From positions 40,772 to 104,771 of IMG/VR virus record IMGVR_UViG_3300037070_001066: a stretch of DNA of 64,000 nucleotides; one strand, written 5' to 3'. Below are positions 38,560 to 48,927 of this stretch, in pieces. Numbering within the stretch: the stretch's first letter is position 1; every line of letters starts with the position of its first letter. This DNA comes from a virus. Under the pieces are notes generated by a model, which worked only from the letters and a program-made list of their open reading frames with translations, did not search any database and was not told the DNA's origin. The position numbers were made by a program, and so were the translations under genes.

Positions 38560-39112
38560 TTGTTAAAAATTTAAAAGTTGTTTTATTAATTGTTTGCCCT
38601 CTTAAATATTGACTTAATGTAATCATTACAAAGCCATTTTCATTTGCACAATCTGCAATCGAGTCCCAAATTTTCCCAGTCTCAGTGCAAATAACTTTTT
38701 TAGCCATTCCACTATTTTTTTTAAGATTTTCTTTATGATATTCAGAATGTTTTATTCCTTTATTCCATGAAGGTTTTCCTAATTTATTTTTTGACATTTT
38801 CTTTTTAGATTTATCTGAATGTTTTAATCCAAAAGAACCTTCTCCTCCTAATGTTATATTACATAAAGTTCCGGTTCTAGAAGTTTTTCTTCCATAATAA
38901 TCAATTAAAATAATCTCTAATTCTTTAGCATCTTCTAATTCCATATCTTTTTTCAATATTTCAACTAAATAATCAGGATATTTTTTAATTGTTTTAGACC
39001 AAATATCATTTCTATGTCTTCTTTCATATGGTCTTTTTATATTACCTATGCCTATATAAAAGACTTCTCCATTTGGTTTTATATGTCTATATATGCAATA
39101 TCTATTTGCCAT
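38552..39112 (-). CDS. Free-standing GIY-YIG homing endonuclease with NUMOD3/NUMOD1-like repeats
   Basis: CIYRH...FYIGIG..KR, E..LI, NITLGGEG, HSDKSKKKMS, SWNKGIKHS and KKVICTETGKIWDSIADCA. Confidence 0.8.
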   Translation of the reverse strand: MANRYCIYRHIKPNGEVFYIGIGNIKRPYERRHRNDIWSKTIKKYPDYLVEILKKDMELEDAKELEIILIDYYGRKTSRTGTLCNITLGGEGSFGLKHSDKSKKKMSKNKLGKPSWNKGIKHSEYHKENLKKNSGMAKKVICTETGKIWDSIADCANENGFVMITLSQYLRGQTINKTTFKFLTNG

Positions 39113-42100
39113 AACTTCTTCTTGTTAAAAATCCACCATATGCTGAAACGGTAACTTCTTTACCTTCTGCATTTAAATATTTGTCTCCAGCTTTAAGTGT
39201 AGGAGGAGTTTTTCCTAATGCAGCTTCTTTCATTTTAGAAATCTCTTCTGGAGTTGCAACTTTACCTGTCTTTTTATTTACAAGATAATTACCTCTTCTA
39301 TCGTATCCATACATATTAGCAACTTGATCCATTCTGTCATTTTCTAATCCAATTGCTCCAATATCATTACCTATTTGAGATGTAAACTTAGATCTTTGTG
39401 AATCATAATTTGCAATATCTTTATCATAAGTTTCTCTATCATAGTCAGATTTACCTGCATTATATTGAGCAATTTGACTTTTGTATTGTTGTTCTTGCAT
39501 TGCTCTGTTTATTCTAATATTCTCAAGACCTTCTTGCGTTTTAGATATAGCCTCATTTTGCTGTGCGCCTATACCTAACATTGCTGCTCTTTGTTGTGCT
39601 TGACTACCTCCCATTTGACCTAAAGCTCTATACTTATTATTGTATGCAGCATTTATATCTCTCATTGCTCTAGCTTCATCTACTTGAGGCACATTGTAAG
39701 CATCATTAAGTCTAGCAGAATATGTTCCTGTAGGTTTAGTTATTTTATCTCTTTCTATGTAGTTAGATATAGCAGGATATAATCTCATTGCTGAATTAGC
39801 TGCGCCTTTTAAATCTCCAGCATTTTCACCTAAAAATGAACTTGCATTTGGATTACTTGCATTTGCACTTATATTACCAAAATCATTTTGTAAAGTATTT
39901 CTATTTAAATATTGACTAGCTAAATCATCAGTTATGCCTTTATCTGTTAAAATACCTTCTTCGCCATATTTACCTCCTCCTAAATATTTCTTTTTAATCA
40001 ATCCACCATTCTTGGCATAAGTAGGAGTAGTCTTGTCTTTATTTTGAGCTATTGTGTTTACTGCTTTCACTATATTATCATTATCATATGTTCTATAAAA
40101 ATTTTCAGATTCAGCACCTGCTGCTTTAGTTCTAGCTTCAAGATCTGCTCCGTCTTTGATAACTTCTCCAGGTTTTAAACCAAGTTTAGTTCTAAATTGA
40201 TGAAAGTTCCCATAAGTCTCTTCAGGAGTTTGCATGTATCTTTTTACATCTCTCTTGGCATTTTTCACCTTTTGATCATAAGGACTTCCTAAAACTTTCT
40301 GAGTTGCTGGTCCTAAGATAGAATCAACTCCCATTCCATGTGCAATCTCATGATCTACTACACCTTTACCTGCTCCTTTTTCAAATACTGTATTCTCATT
40401 TGGATATCTAGAGAATTGAGCTTGAGTTCCATCTCCAGGAGTTCCTGCGCTTATTGGCACATTTAGACCGTGAGCTATTAAAGGATTTAATACATTAGAA
40501 TCCATTCCTGTATTCTGAGTAAATCTTCTTCTAGTTTCAGGATTGTTGTACCAGTTTTGAATATTATTTCTTGCAGAGATAACTTCTTGGTCGTTGCCTG
40601 TGTATGGTTTTATTTTTTCATTTAAACCAATTCTTCTAGGTTCTTTTCTAGTTCCTGAAGCAGTTGCTTGAACTATTCCAGTTGTGCTTGGTATTGCATA
40701 CATTCCATATTCTTGTGGCAATGTAGGTCTAGACATTTTGTTTACACCAAGTATATCATTAGGTTTATTGTAGAAATCATTAGCATTATATTTAGGAGGA
40801 TTTATATGACCACCATCTGCAAAACTATCTTTAACAGTTGAATATCTTTCTTTTAATTCTATTTTAGGATTTATTTTTCTAGCTTTTTTAGCATATTCAT
40901 CAATCATTCTTTTTTCCCTGCTGCCTTGATCAATTGTTTCTGACAACATTTGAGGAACTCCTCCTGGTAATATTCCTATAATATCAGCAGGATTGTAAGA
41001 TTTATTATTATTATACGAGTCATAAATACCATACATAGATCCAACATTACCTGGAAATTTTGAAAGGACACCTCTATTTAACAATTTACTTGACACTTGC
41101 AATGCGTCTGCACCTCTTTGTACTGTATTAGTATCGTCTTCTGAAGTAACTTTTCCTCCACTTGCATATTTAGAAGGCTTATGTGTAATATAACCACCCA
41201 TTGCAGCTACACGTTCTTCTGCAGGACCACCTATACCTGTCCATGCACTTGAATTAGGCATACCCGCATTAACTTTATTAATCAACATATCTTGGCCTTC
41301 AGCTATATTCTTTTTAGCCTTTTGTGAACCAAAATATCCTGACGCTCCACCTATAACTGCACCTGCTGCTGCACCCCAAGGCCCAAACATCATACCAGCT
41401 GAAGCTCCTTGTACAGCTCCTGACGCTATAGCACTACCAGCCTTTGGTGAAGTATTACCAGTTTTAGCAGTATTGTATAGATCAAATGCTGTTCCAGCTG
41501 CTTTCATATAACTTCCAGCACCACTTAACATCCCTGACGTAGCATCAGCTCCGCCTGCAGCAGCTCCGGCTCCAGATCCAGTTAAACTAGTTGGCATAGC
41601 AGGAGCCTCAATAGACTGAGGCATAGATTTACTTTGATCATACATACTACTAAACATACTACCATAAGAACCTCCATTATCAAATGATTGTTGTTCTCCA
41701 GCATATTCTTCCATTCCTTCAGGAACTTCTGTATTTTCAGGAGCAACTTGCTGAGAGTTCATCTGCATAGCTTGTTCTAGTTGCTCTTGCTGAATTCTCT
41801 TTTGTTCAGCTAACTGTGTGGCTCTTTTTGTAAACGCATCTAAAGTTTCTTTATCAGCTTTACTACCAGCTTTATCTTTAAACTTACCACTAAGTTTACC
41901 CATGTATTCACCAGCAGTTACAGGAACTCTACTAGATGGTAGTCCAGCTGCTTTAATCTCTTCAGGAGACCATACTTGTCTATCTGAAAATATATACTTA
42001 GATCCTGTAGGTTTTTCTGTAGGAACGCCACTTTGATCAAGATTTACAGAAGTCTCTCCTTGCTCAACTAATGAATCTTCACCTAAAGGAATTCCTGAAT

Positions 42101-42218
42101 GTGGGTTAGACTCATGACTTCCACCGACATTATATGTAGTAAAAGGCCCTCCATTATCATATGTCTTTCTAGGATTTAGATAATCATTATATTTGTCTTT
42201 AATGTTATTATTCTGCAT
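39102..42218 (-). CDS. Virion cargo protein with glycine-zipper segment and zincin-like domain
   Basis: GGSHE...VEQGE...YIFSD N-terminal domain, GPWGAAAGAVIGG zipper, HEIAH at 40338-40352; follows the muzzle-like gene. Confidence 0.7.
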   Translation of the reverse strand: MQNNNIKDKYNDYLNPRKTYDNGGPFTTYNVGGSHESNPHSGIPLGEDSLVEQGETSVNLDQSGVPTEKPTGSKYIFSDRQVWSPEEIKAAGLPSSRVPVTAGEYMGKLSGKFKDKAGSKADKETLDAFTKRATQLAEQKRIQQEQLEQAMQMNSQQVAPENTEVPEGMEEYAGEQQSFDNGGSYGSMFSSMYDQSKSMPQSIEAPAMPTSLTGSGAGAAAGGADATSGMLSGAGSYMKAAGTAFDLYNTAKTGNTSPKAGSAIASGAVQGASAGMMFGPWGAAAGAVIGGASGYFGSQKAKKNIAEGQDMLINKVNAGMPNSSAWTGIGGPAEERVAAMGGYITHKPSKYASGGKVTSEDDTNTVQRGADALQVSSKLLNRGVLSKFPGNVGSMYGIYDSYNNNKSYNPADIIGILPGGVPQMLSETIDQGSREKRMIDEYAKKARKINPKIELKERYSTVKDSFADGGHINPPKYNANDFYNKPNDILGVNKMSRPTLPQEYGMYAIPSTTGIVQATASGTRKEPRRIGLNEKIKPYTGNDQEVISARNNIQNWYNNPETRRRFTQNTGMDSNVLNPLIAHGLNVPISAGTPGDGTQAQFSRYPNENTVFEKGAGKGVVDHEIAHGMGVDSILGPATQKVLGSPYDQKVKNAKRDVKRYMQTPEETYGNFHQFRTKLGLKPGEVIKDGADLEARTKAAGAESENFYRTYDNDNIVKAVNTIAQNKDKTTPTYAKNGGLIKKKYLGGGKYGEEGILTDKGITDDLASQYLNRNTLQNDFGNISANASNPNASSFLGENAGDLKGAANSAMRLYPAISNYIERDKITKPTGTYSARLNDAYNVPQVDEARAMRDINAAYNNKYRALGQMGGSQAQQRAAMLGIGAQQNEAISKTQEGLENIRINRAMQEQQYKSQIAQYNAGKSDYDRETYDKDIANYDSQRSKFTSQIGNDIGAIGLENDRMDQVANMYGYDRRGNYLVNKKTGKVATPEEISKMKEAALGKTPPTLKAGDKYLNAEGKEVTVSAYGGFLTRRSYGK

Positions 42219-42855
42219 TTGCTAAATATATAAAATTAGTATTATTTTTTCTAGAACCACTTAATTTTCTAGACATATTTTTTGGATTTAAATTATTTTC
42301 AATACAACATTCGCTTAAAGAATTCCATATTTTTTTGGTGTCCAAGCATATTACTTGTTTAGATGCTGGATTATCCTTTCCAGTTTTTCCATACATTCCA
42401 TTTTTATCTCCTTTTTTTGCTTCAGATATATTTTTACGAACATCTATTGTTCTTTCTGGTCTTTTTTTACCTTTTCTTGATAAACTCATTTTTTCACAAC
42501 ACTCTTTTGATCTTTTTTTCCCTTTATTAGAATTACTTATTTTTAATCTAGACTCTTCACTTAATCTAATTGGTAAAATATCTGTTTCTGTTAAAACGCA
42601 GTTTAATCCATTTTCACTTAAAACATTGTAATAGTCTTGCCAATATCTTTCTTTAATGTTTAAATCATCAAAAATACATTCATCAATAAATTCAAAAACA
42701 TGATTATCGTATCCATATTTGTATAAAGAGCTATACAATTTAGGTTGACCTTTACAACTTAAGTTTTTATAATATGAAATCCTCTTTTCATAATTAGAAC
42801 TTTGTCCTATATATATCTTTCCAGATGGACTTGTTATTTTATATATCCCTATCAT
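42208..42855 (-). CDS. Free-standing GIY-YIG homing endonuclease
   Basis: MIGIYKITSPSGKIYIGQS...R, ERYW, GLN and NUMOD3-like repeats. ATG at 42855. Confidence 0.9.
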   Translation of the reverse strand: MIGIYKITSPSGKIYIGQSSNYEKRISYYKNLSCKGQPKLYSSLYKYGYDNHVFEFIDECIFDDLNIKERYWQDYYNVLSENGLNCVLTETDILPIRLSEESRLKISNSNKGKKRSKECCEKMSLSRKGKKRPERTIDVRKNISEAKKGDKNGMYGKTGKDNPASKQVICLDTKKIWNSLSECCIENNLNPKNMSRKLSGSRKNNTNFIYLANAE

Positions 42856-42871
42856 ATTAATATATTTATAC

Positions 42872-42908
42872 AAAAAATGGGAAGAAAGTTTTTAGCTCTC
42901 CCCCCATT
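42872..42908 (-). terminator. Hairpin plus U-tract just upstream of the GIY-YIG gene
   Basis: Minus strand ATGGGGGGAGAG-loop-TTTCTTCCCAT-TTTTT; stem includes G-U pairs. Confidence 0.55.
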
Positions 42909-42935
42909 GTATTTGGTTGTTTAGTAAGTTGTTCT

Positions 42936-42968
42936 GCAAAGATAATACATTTTTGTTTGCAAACCAAA
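42936..42968 (-). promoter_or_regulatory. Canonical Bacteroidetes housekeeping promoter
   Basis: Minus strand TTTG-N20-TATCTTTG, a full match to -33 TTTG / -7 TAnnTTTG. Confidence 0.75.
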
Positions 42969-43013
42969 CTTTTTAGGAGTTATTTTATTATAAAATATTT
43001 GATAACGCATTAA

Positions 43014-46000
43014 TTACACAGTATAGTACACGTTTAGTGGGTGTAAAATCAACTTATAATCAATATTACCAGGATTATTATAGGTTTGATCAAAGTCAAT
43101 TTCTAATTTAATCCATGGAGCTCTTATTCTATTACGTCCTTCTCTAGGTATTAATGCATTCCAATCTCTAAACTTACGTCTAAGATTATTATTACGTCCT
43201 AATATTAAGTCCTCATATCCTGAATCTTGATAATCATTATATGCTCGTATATGAGATATTGTTTTGTCAGGAGCGTCTAACCCACTAAATGTATTATATA
43301 CCTCAGATTTGAAATTGATATTATCAAATACACAATCTAAAAGTGGTTCTGGATTCACATTGAATATAACAGAAGATTTATACTTAGTTCCAAAGAACTC
43401 ATTATAGTTTCCTTCATATTGTCTATACAATCTTAAGTCAGTTGGATCAATTGCTATTAATACAGATCCTTTACTTATATACATTGTAGGTAGATAATCA
43501 TAGAATGATACAAATGATGCAGACTTCTCATTATAAGACAACGTAAAGTCTAGTCCATTAGGTTGATGAAATGTCATCAGTACATCATCATTGATATAAT
43601 CATACCCAGAAGATATACCATCTAGCAATAAAGGATTATCTGTTTTAAGCTCATTTGCGACCACATTATTTAAAAAGAATGTATGGAGACCTTTTATATC
43701 AGATAGTGGCTCTATGCCACCTTTAAATACCTGAAACGACTGGTTTAACGTATCATAGTAGTATACACCTGAAGGCGCGACTACAACTCCCCATTTATTT
43801 AATGTTCCAGAGTTAGTTGAAGCATAACTATAGTTGTTCAGAACTTGACCTGTACCTAACTCAATTGCAAGACCATCTTGACCTTGAACTTGAACTCTAG
43901 GATTAATAGATAAGAAAGCAAATGCTTTATCTTGTAACGCATATAAGTAGTCATTGAAGCTAATCAATGCATTAATAGCTCCATATTTACCATCTAAAGT
44001 TAATACTTCATTTTGCAATATATCTGTCCAACTATCAATTATTTCTCCTGCAGACTTCTCTTTAGACGCAATTACATTAGTGTCAAATCCATCTACCTTC
44101 TTAACATTGAAATCTAACTCTCGTTTTGATATCAGGTTAGGTAATTGTGAATAAACTTTATTGTATTTATGATATTCAGCATCTAAATAATGAAATTTAC
44201 TATCCCATGTTGTGAAACTTGCATCGTTTCTATTCTTCATATCTACAGTAGATTCTGAAGCAAACTCAACTATCTCTTGCCATGATGGAACACCTTGTGA
44301 GAATGTAGCAGGAGTCTTAGGAATAACTCTAAGGAATTTAAAGAAGTTTACGAATGTATCTCCAGGTGAAACGATTAAGTTTACAGGAGTTAATTCATCA
44401 AAGTTTTTAAAATCCCCTATCTCTATATATTTAGTTCTTTTCTTATCTTCCCAACTGTTACCTCCATATATATTACCTAAATATATTTGATCTCTTGGCT
44501 TTATAATTTCACCTACAATTCCTAAATTTGTTATACCTGATCCAAATGCAGCATCTGTAAATAAGTTTTCAGCTAATGGCCTGTCATACCAGTTAGTTGC
44601 TGTAGGAGTTTTATCTAATACAAATGTTATACATCTGTTATTGTCACTATTCCCTGAAATTATAGCTCTACCATATTTACCTCCTTCTGCATAATAATTA
44701 TTTTTATCTGAGCGTATGTCTAGAAATGTGTTAATATACTTATACTTAGAATCACCATTGTATGACGTCACATTCTGCCCTTTAACGGTCAATTCTGGCG
44801 TCCCATATATATTATATACACTTTGTGTAGTTGATGGCTTAAACGCGTCCGTAGGAGGTGCAGGAGCCGCTAATGTAGCTGATATCGCATTGTTAATTGA
44901 GTCAACACCTACTAACATAGGAGATCCACTTACATCTCTGATTTCTGCATGTATATCTACATCGAAGACCATGTCAGCAGTTGGTACAATTTTAAAGTAA
45001 TAATGATATTCTTTATAGATTCCACCAAAGTCTGGTTGATCTATTATAGGTAATGATACAACTGAGTTGCCTACACCAGTAAATGATGCTAAAACATTGT
45101 TTCCTTCAGAGTCAGCACATATAGCTGCAGTATAACTTATTGCTCCATTAGTTGGAGTTAATGTATATGTAAGTACAAATTCTCTATCATTATCAACTGC
45201 AATAAAAGTTATATCTCTATTGTTAGATTGAAATCTAATAGCTTCTGCAGGATAAGGAGGAATTGCTGGCATTGGCGGACTTGGAGGAACTGTAGACAAT
45301 ACAAATGGAACCAAGAATGAAACTATGTAGTTGTTTGCAGTAAATGTGTCATTAATGGAAACATTGCCATAACCTCTATACCAACTCAAAAATGCAACCC
45401 TATTTGGATCACTTCCTGCAGGATGACATATAAGACCTAAATTTGTAGGAGATTCTCCATTACCAGTTATTGTGACTTTTGTATCTGCATATGTTAAAGA
45501 CAATCCATTAAGTCCTTTACCTTCGTCTATAAGCTCTTGATTCTCTTTAAATGACTTACCCCATACAGCATTATATTTATTTTCAAGACCACCTTTCATT
45601 CTAAATTGATATCCCTGACTTAATTGAATAGATTCGTTAAATACAATTTCTGGAGAGTATAGTTGATACATTGCATTATACTGGTAAAATCTACCCCTAG
45701 TATCATCGTCTCCTTGATTAGCTCTTTGAATTTCATTGTCAGTACTCATTTTCACATTACACATTTCTTGTAAGTTTTGAGAAAGTTCTAGTGGTCTTGT
45801 GTTAGACCCAAAATGTCTGCTAAAGTCATTAAAGAAAGGGCCTATATTTCTAAATAGAATGTTAGGAAGTTTTGGTATAGAGTCGGCTTTAGTTTTTAAA
45901 TATGTAAGGTCAGCTGCATTTGGTAGATTGACATTTTTAGTGTTTTTGTCATTAATCATAACTGGAGTTACAAGTCCATTAGCCACAATAGTCTTATCAT

Positions 46001-47612
46001 TAACAGTTCTTTCTGCAATTAAAACTCTATAACCTACTGGCTTATCGTATTCAGTTTCAAAGTTACTAGCGTCGTTTAGCCAAACGAAAAATTCTGGTTT
46101 GAGTGTAAATATCAAAGCATTATAAAAACCTCTTAAATTGCCCTCTCTGGCCTTGAAATCAGCTACCCAACTAGGTAGCGAGTATTGTCCAAATCCATTT
46201 ACAAATTCTATTCCTAATCTATATATCTCATCATCCTTAAAGTATCTTGCATCTGCGCTATACACAGTTGTTTGATGAAGCTCATATTTTAAATACAAAC
46301 CTTCTCCTCCAAACGTTATACCATTCTTTTGAAACTTATATATACTATAGTCTAGATTGACAGAATCATTCTTTTCATCTGGTCCTAGAAATGTACTTGG
46401 ATTAACAACTGTAGGATCGCCTGTAAGGCCTCCTACATCTGGTGTAAGATCTCCAGGTAACCATAACTTTACATTGTCATAAACTGTAGATAATCCTCCT
46501 GCGGTAAAGCTATATGCTCTTGTATCTAAATTAACATCATAATTTCTTTCCTCATAGTTAGCTAAAAACATTCTATTGTCTTTAGAGTTAATATGTCTTG
46601 GTATAAGTATATCAGATCCAAGGAAAAGAAACTCTTCTAGTGATATTGATGTTATAACATTACCATCATCAAACACTTCTATTTCTCTAGATGAAGGAAC
46701 TTCTCTGTCATCTATAATAGATATTGTAGGAGATTGATTGTATGAAGTATATTTAATTGCGTATACTTTTATATGTGTGTAGTCTTCATCTATATCTCTA
46801 ATTGAAACTACTGGAGTAGATCCTACAACTTCGTTTAAAGCACCACCACCTAATGCATCTTTATCTAAAGACACTAATTGACTAAGCGGACTTAATCTAG
46901 TTTGAGATGAGTTAACTCTATATAAGTTGTAAGCATATTGTATCATACCTGCAGTATGTATACCTCCAGTAAGTATTCTAACTATAATTGGTTGTGACAC
47001 ATCATATTGTCCTACCATGTCAATAGTAGTTAAAGATACGTCTATTAAATTCTCTAGATCTTCGTTCTCAATAGAATGCTCTATGTTAATGAATCTCATT
47101 TGATGAACTCCATCTACCCAATATACTTTATCTATCGCTTTGTTTTCAAAGTTGTTTATAGCTTGAATAGGATAGTCTCTTTTAAATCCCATACTTCTTA
47201 AATATAGAAGAGTGATCTCATATCCAGGTTTCTCTATATCTATTTTCCAGATACAATCAAAGCCATTCTCATCAGATGTGAATAGTATTGCATAATGTCT
47301 TGTAGTAGTGTGCCCTATAATGTATTGAGGTCCTGACGAACCTGTTAAATCATCTAATTCATCTGTTGTAAATGGCAATTCTTCATCTAAGTATGTTATT
47401 TTACTATTTGTATGGTCTACTGTAACTATTGGTATGGTGTAAATAAACTTGTTGCCTTTCTCATTTGATATTGCACCTGTAGATTGAGAATCTGTTGCTA
47501 CAATCCTTATGTTTTTACCTTCGAAATAGAAGTTACTTCTAAATAGAGATTGGGCAACATCTTGATTCATCCCTTGGTAATTAAATTGTGTTGCTTTATT
47601 TGCCATCTTCAA
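43014..47612 (-). CDS. Tail muzzle / stabilization protein (crAss-type)
   Basis: 1532-aa beta-rich protein; N-terminal GMNQD...NIRI, VYWVDG and C-terminal RRKFRDW...RIRAPW; lies between ring protein and cargo genes. Confidence 0.75.
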   Translation of the reverse strand: MKMANKATQFNYQGMNQDVAQSLFRSNFYFEGKNIRIVATDSQSTGAISNEKGNKFIYTIPIVTVDHTNSKITYLDEELPFTTDELDDLTGSSGPQYIIGHTTTRHYAILFTSDENGFDCIWKIDIEKPGYEITLLYLRSMGFKRDYPIQAINNFENKAIDKVYWVDGVHQMRFINIEHSIENEDLENLIDVSLTTIDMVGQYDVSQPIIVRILTGGIHTAGMIQYAYNLYRVNSSQTRLSPLSQLVSLDKDALGGGALNEVVGSTPVVSIRDIDEDYTHIKVYAIKYTSYNQSPTISIIDDREVPSSREIEVFDDGNVITSISLEEFLFLGSDILIPRHINSKDNRMFLANYEERNYDVNLDTRAYSFTAGGLSTVYDNVKLWLPGDLTPDVGGLTGDPTVVNPSTFLGPDEKNDSVNLDYSIYKFQKNGITFGGEGLYLKYELHQTTVYSADARYFKDDEIYRLGIEFVNGFGQYSLPSWVADFKAREGNLRGFYNALIFTLKPEFFVWLNDASNFETEYDKPVGYRVLIAERTVNDKTIVANGLVTPVMINDKNTKNVNLPNAADLTYLKTKADSIPKLPNILFRNIGPFFNDFSRHFGSNTRPLELSQNLQEMCNVKMSTDNEIQRANQGDDDTRGRFYQYNAMYQLYSPEIVFNESIQLSQGYQFRMKGGLENKYNAVWGKSFKENQELIDEGKGLNGLSLTYADTKVTITGNGESPTNLGLICHPAGSDPNRVAFLSWYRGYGNVSINDTFTANNYIVSFLVPFVLSTVPPSPPMPAIPPYPAEAIRFQSNNRDITFIAVDNDREFVLTYTLTPTNGAISYTAAICADSEGNNVLASFTGVGNSVVSLPIIDQPDFGGIYKEYHYYFKIVPTADMVFDVDIHAEIRDVSGSPMLVGVDSINNAISATLAAPAPPTDAFKPSTTQSVYNIYGTPELTVKGQNVTSYNGDSKYKYINTFLDIRSDKNNYYAEGGKYGRAIISGNSDNNRCITFVLDKTPTATNWYDRPLAENLFTDAAFGSGITNLGIVGEIIKPRDQIYLGNIYGGNSWEDKKRTKYIEIGDFKNFDELTPVNLIVSPGDTFVNFFKFLRVIPKTPATFSQGVPSWQEIVEFASESTVDMKNRNDASFTTWDSKFHYLDAEYHKYNKVYSQLPNLISKRELDFNVKKVDGFDTNVIASKEKSAGEIIDSWTDILQNEVLTLDGKYGAINALISFNDYLYALQDKAFAFLSINPRVQVQGQDGLAIELGTGQVLNNYSYASTNSGTLNKWGVVVAPSGVYYYDTLNQSFQVFKGGIEPLSDIKGLHTFFLNNVVANELKTDNPLLLDGISSGYDYINDDVLMTFHQPNGLDFTLSYNEKSASFVSFYDYLPTMYISKGSVLIAIDPTDLRLYRQYEGNYNEFFGTKYKSSVIFNVNPEPLLDCVFDNINFKSEVYNTFSGLDAPDKTISHIRAYNDYQDSGYEDLILGRNNNLRRKFRDWNALIPREGRNRIRAPWIKLEIDFDQTYNNPGNIDYKLILHPLNVYYTV

Positions 47613-47627
47613 AATGTATAAATATTA

Positions 47628-48389
47628 TCATCGGAATTTTCTAAGGCGTTCCTTCTCACCCATTTTTTTGTAAAAGTTTTCGTGCATTGTTGTATTAAGA
47701 ATAAGCCTATTGATACCATTCATGATAGATTCCATTCCATCGTAGTTTGGCATTTGCAATGATGTGTAAGCTGAAGGCATGTAGAAGTATCTCTTTTGTT
47801 GTATGTATTCAAAAGCCTTGTCAGTTATTTTGCCCATCAACCATACTGGTTCTAAGTATCTTGATAATATATAGTATTCCATTGCTAGAGCCACCTTCTC
47901 ATTATCAGGTATAAGTGGGAATCCATCTTCATCTGTAGCAAGACCTTTATAAGCCATCTCTATACAACCATCTCTCATAGATGTAAAGATAACTCCATTC
48001 TGAAGTTTATATGTGAACTCAGCTCTTCTATGATTTCCTCTTAAATTGAACTCAGTATCTTGTTCACCTGCATGTTCCATTGGATCAAAGTGATAGATAT
48101 CCGTAGCTTCTCTCATTGCTATAAATCTAGACGCATGAGACGTTTCTGGCTCACTGGTGTCAAGATAACGTACTCCATCTACTTTAAGTATATCGCATGG
48201 AATTGGTGCCTTATAATTGACTAAATCAACTGAATAAAGCTTGTTTTCTTGTGCCGCTGGAGCTCCTAATAGTTTTAAGAATTCCATTGCATATTCTGCT
48301 GCTTCTTCATATGTTAGTTCCTCACATAATCCATGCTTCATTACTTTCCACATTATTGTACCTAATGAGGTATAATGTCCATTTGTCAT
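47628..48389 (-). CDS. Tail ring / tubular protein
   Basis: IPCD...YKGLATDEDGFPLIPD motif; gene directly before the muzzle gene. Confidence 0.7.
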   Translation of the reverse strand: MTNGHYTSLGTIMWKVMKHGLCEELTYEEAAEYAMEFLKLLGAPAAQENKLYSVDLVNYKAPIPCDILKVDGVRYLDTSEPETSHASRFIAMREATDIYHFDPMEHAGEQDTEFNLRGNHRRAEFTYKLQNGVIFTSMRDGCIEMAYKGLATDEDGFPLIPDNEKVALAMEYYILSRYLEPVWLMGKITDKAFEYIQQKRYFYMPSAYTSLQMPNYDGMESIMNGINRLILNTTMHENFYKKMGEKERLRKFR

Positions 48390-48408
48390 TGTATTATTTA
48401 TTTAGTTG

Positions 48409-48927
48409 TTAATATAGAAGAAACGAGTCATATTTATCTTTATCTTCATCCTTTATTCTTTTAGCTAATCTCCTTGAAAAGTATCTAGAAGATTTATAAC
48501 TATAGTATTTCTTATTCATAAAAGGATATACATTCTTTTTAAATGATACTTTGAAGACATATTTAGATGTATGGTTGTTTAGATACCTAACAAGAAGCTT
48601 CTTTTCTTTAGCCTCTTCATCTTCATCCCATAGTTTGTTAGTAGCAACCCAGTCAACTGGTGTAGGATTATACAACTTACCATCTTTAATCCTAGGAACA
48701 CTTTTAGTTTTCTTTATAGATAGTGTAGCTCCAACATGTGGTAAGGCATACTCTAAATTATTCTCTATAATAAGGTCAATAAGTCCTATATTAAATTTAC
48801 TAACTATCTCAGAGAACTCTCCTTTAGATATCTTTATTCCAGGATTATCCTTCTTAAAGAACTTATAGTAGTCTCTCATGCCATAATGTACAGGTATCTT
48901 ACCTTCTGTTCGTTTGTTCTTGCTCAT
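48409..48927 (-). CDS. IHF/HU-like basic DNA-binding protein
   Basis: Very basic; LPHVGATLSIKK, VDWVAT and F.RRLAKRI; position in the tail operon matches crAss-like synteny. Confidence 0.55.
   Translation of the reverse strand: MSKNKRTEGKIPVHYGMRDYYKFFKKDNPGIKISKGEFSEIVSKFNIGLIDLIIENNLEYALPHVGATLSIKKTKSVPRIKDGKLYNPTPVDWVATNKLWDEDEEAKEKKLLVRYLNNHTSKYVFKVSFKKNVYPFMNKKYYSYKSSRYFSRRLAKRIKDEDKDKYDSFLLY

Noticed and set aside
38552-42873. Group I introns hosting the two GIY-YIG genes
   Set aside because: Flanking genes look complete with their own starts and stops, and the endonuclease ORFs overlap neighbours, leaving essentially no room for a ribozyme core.
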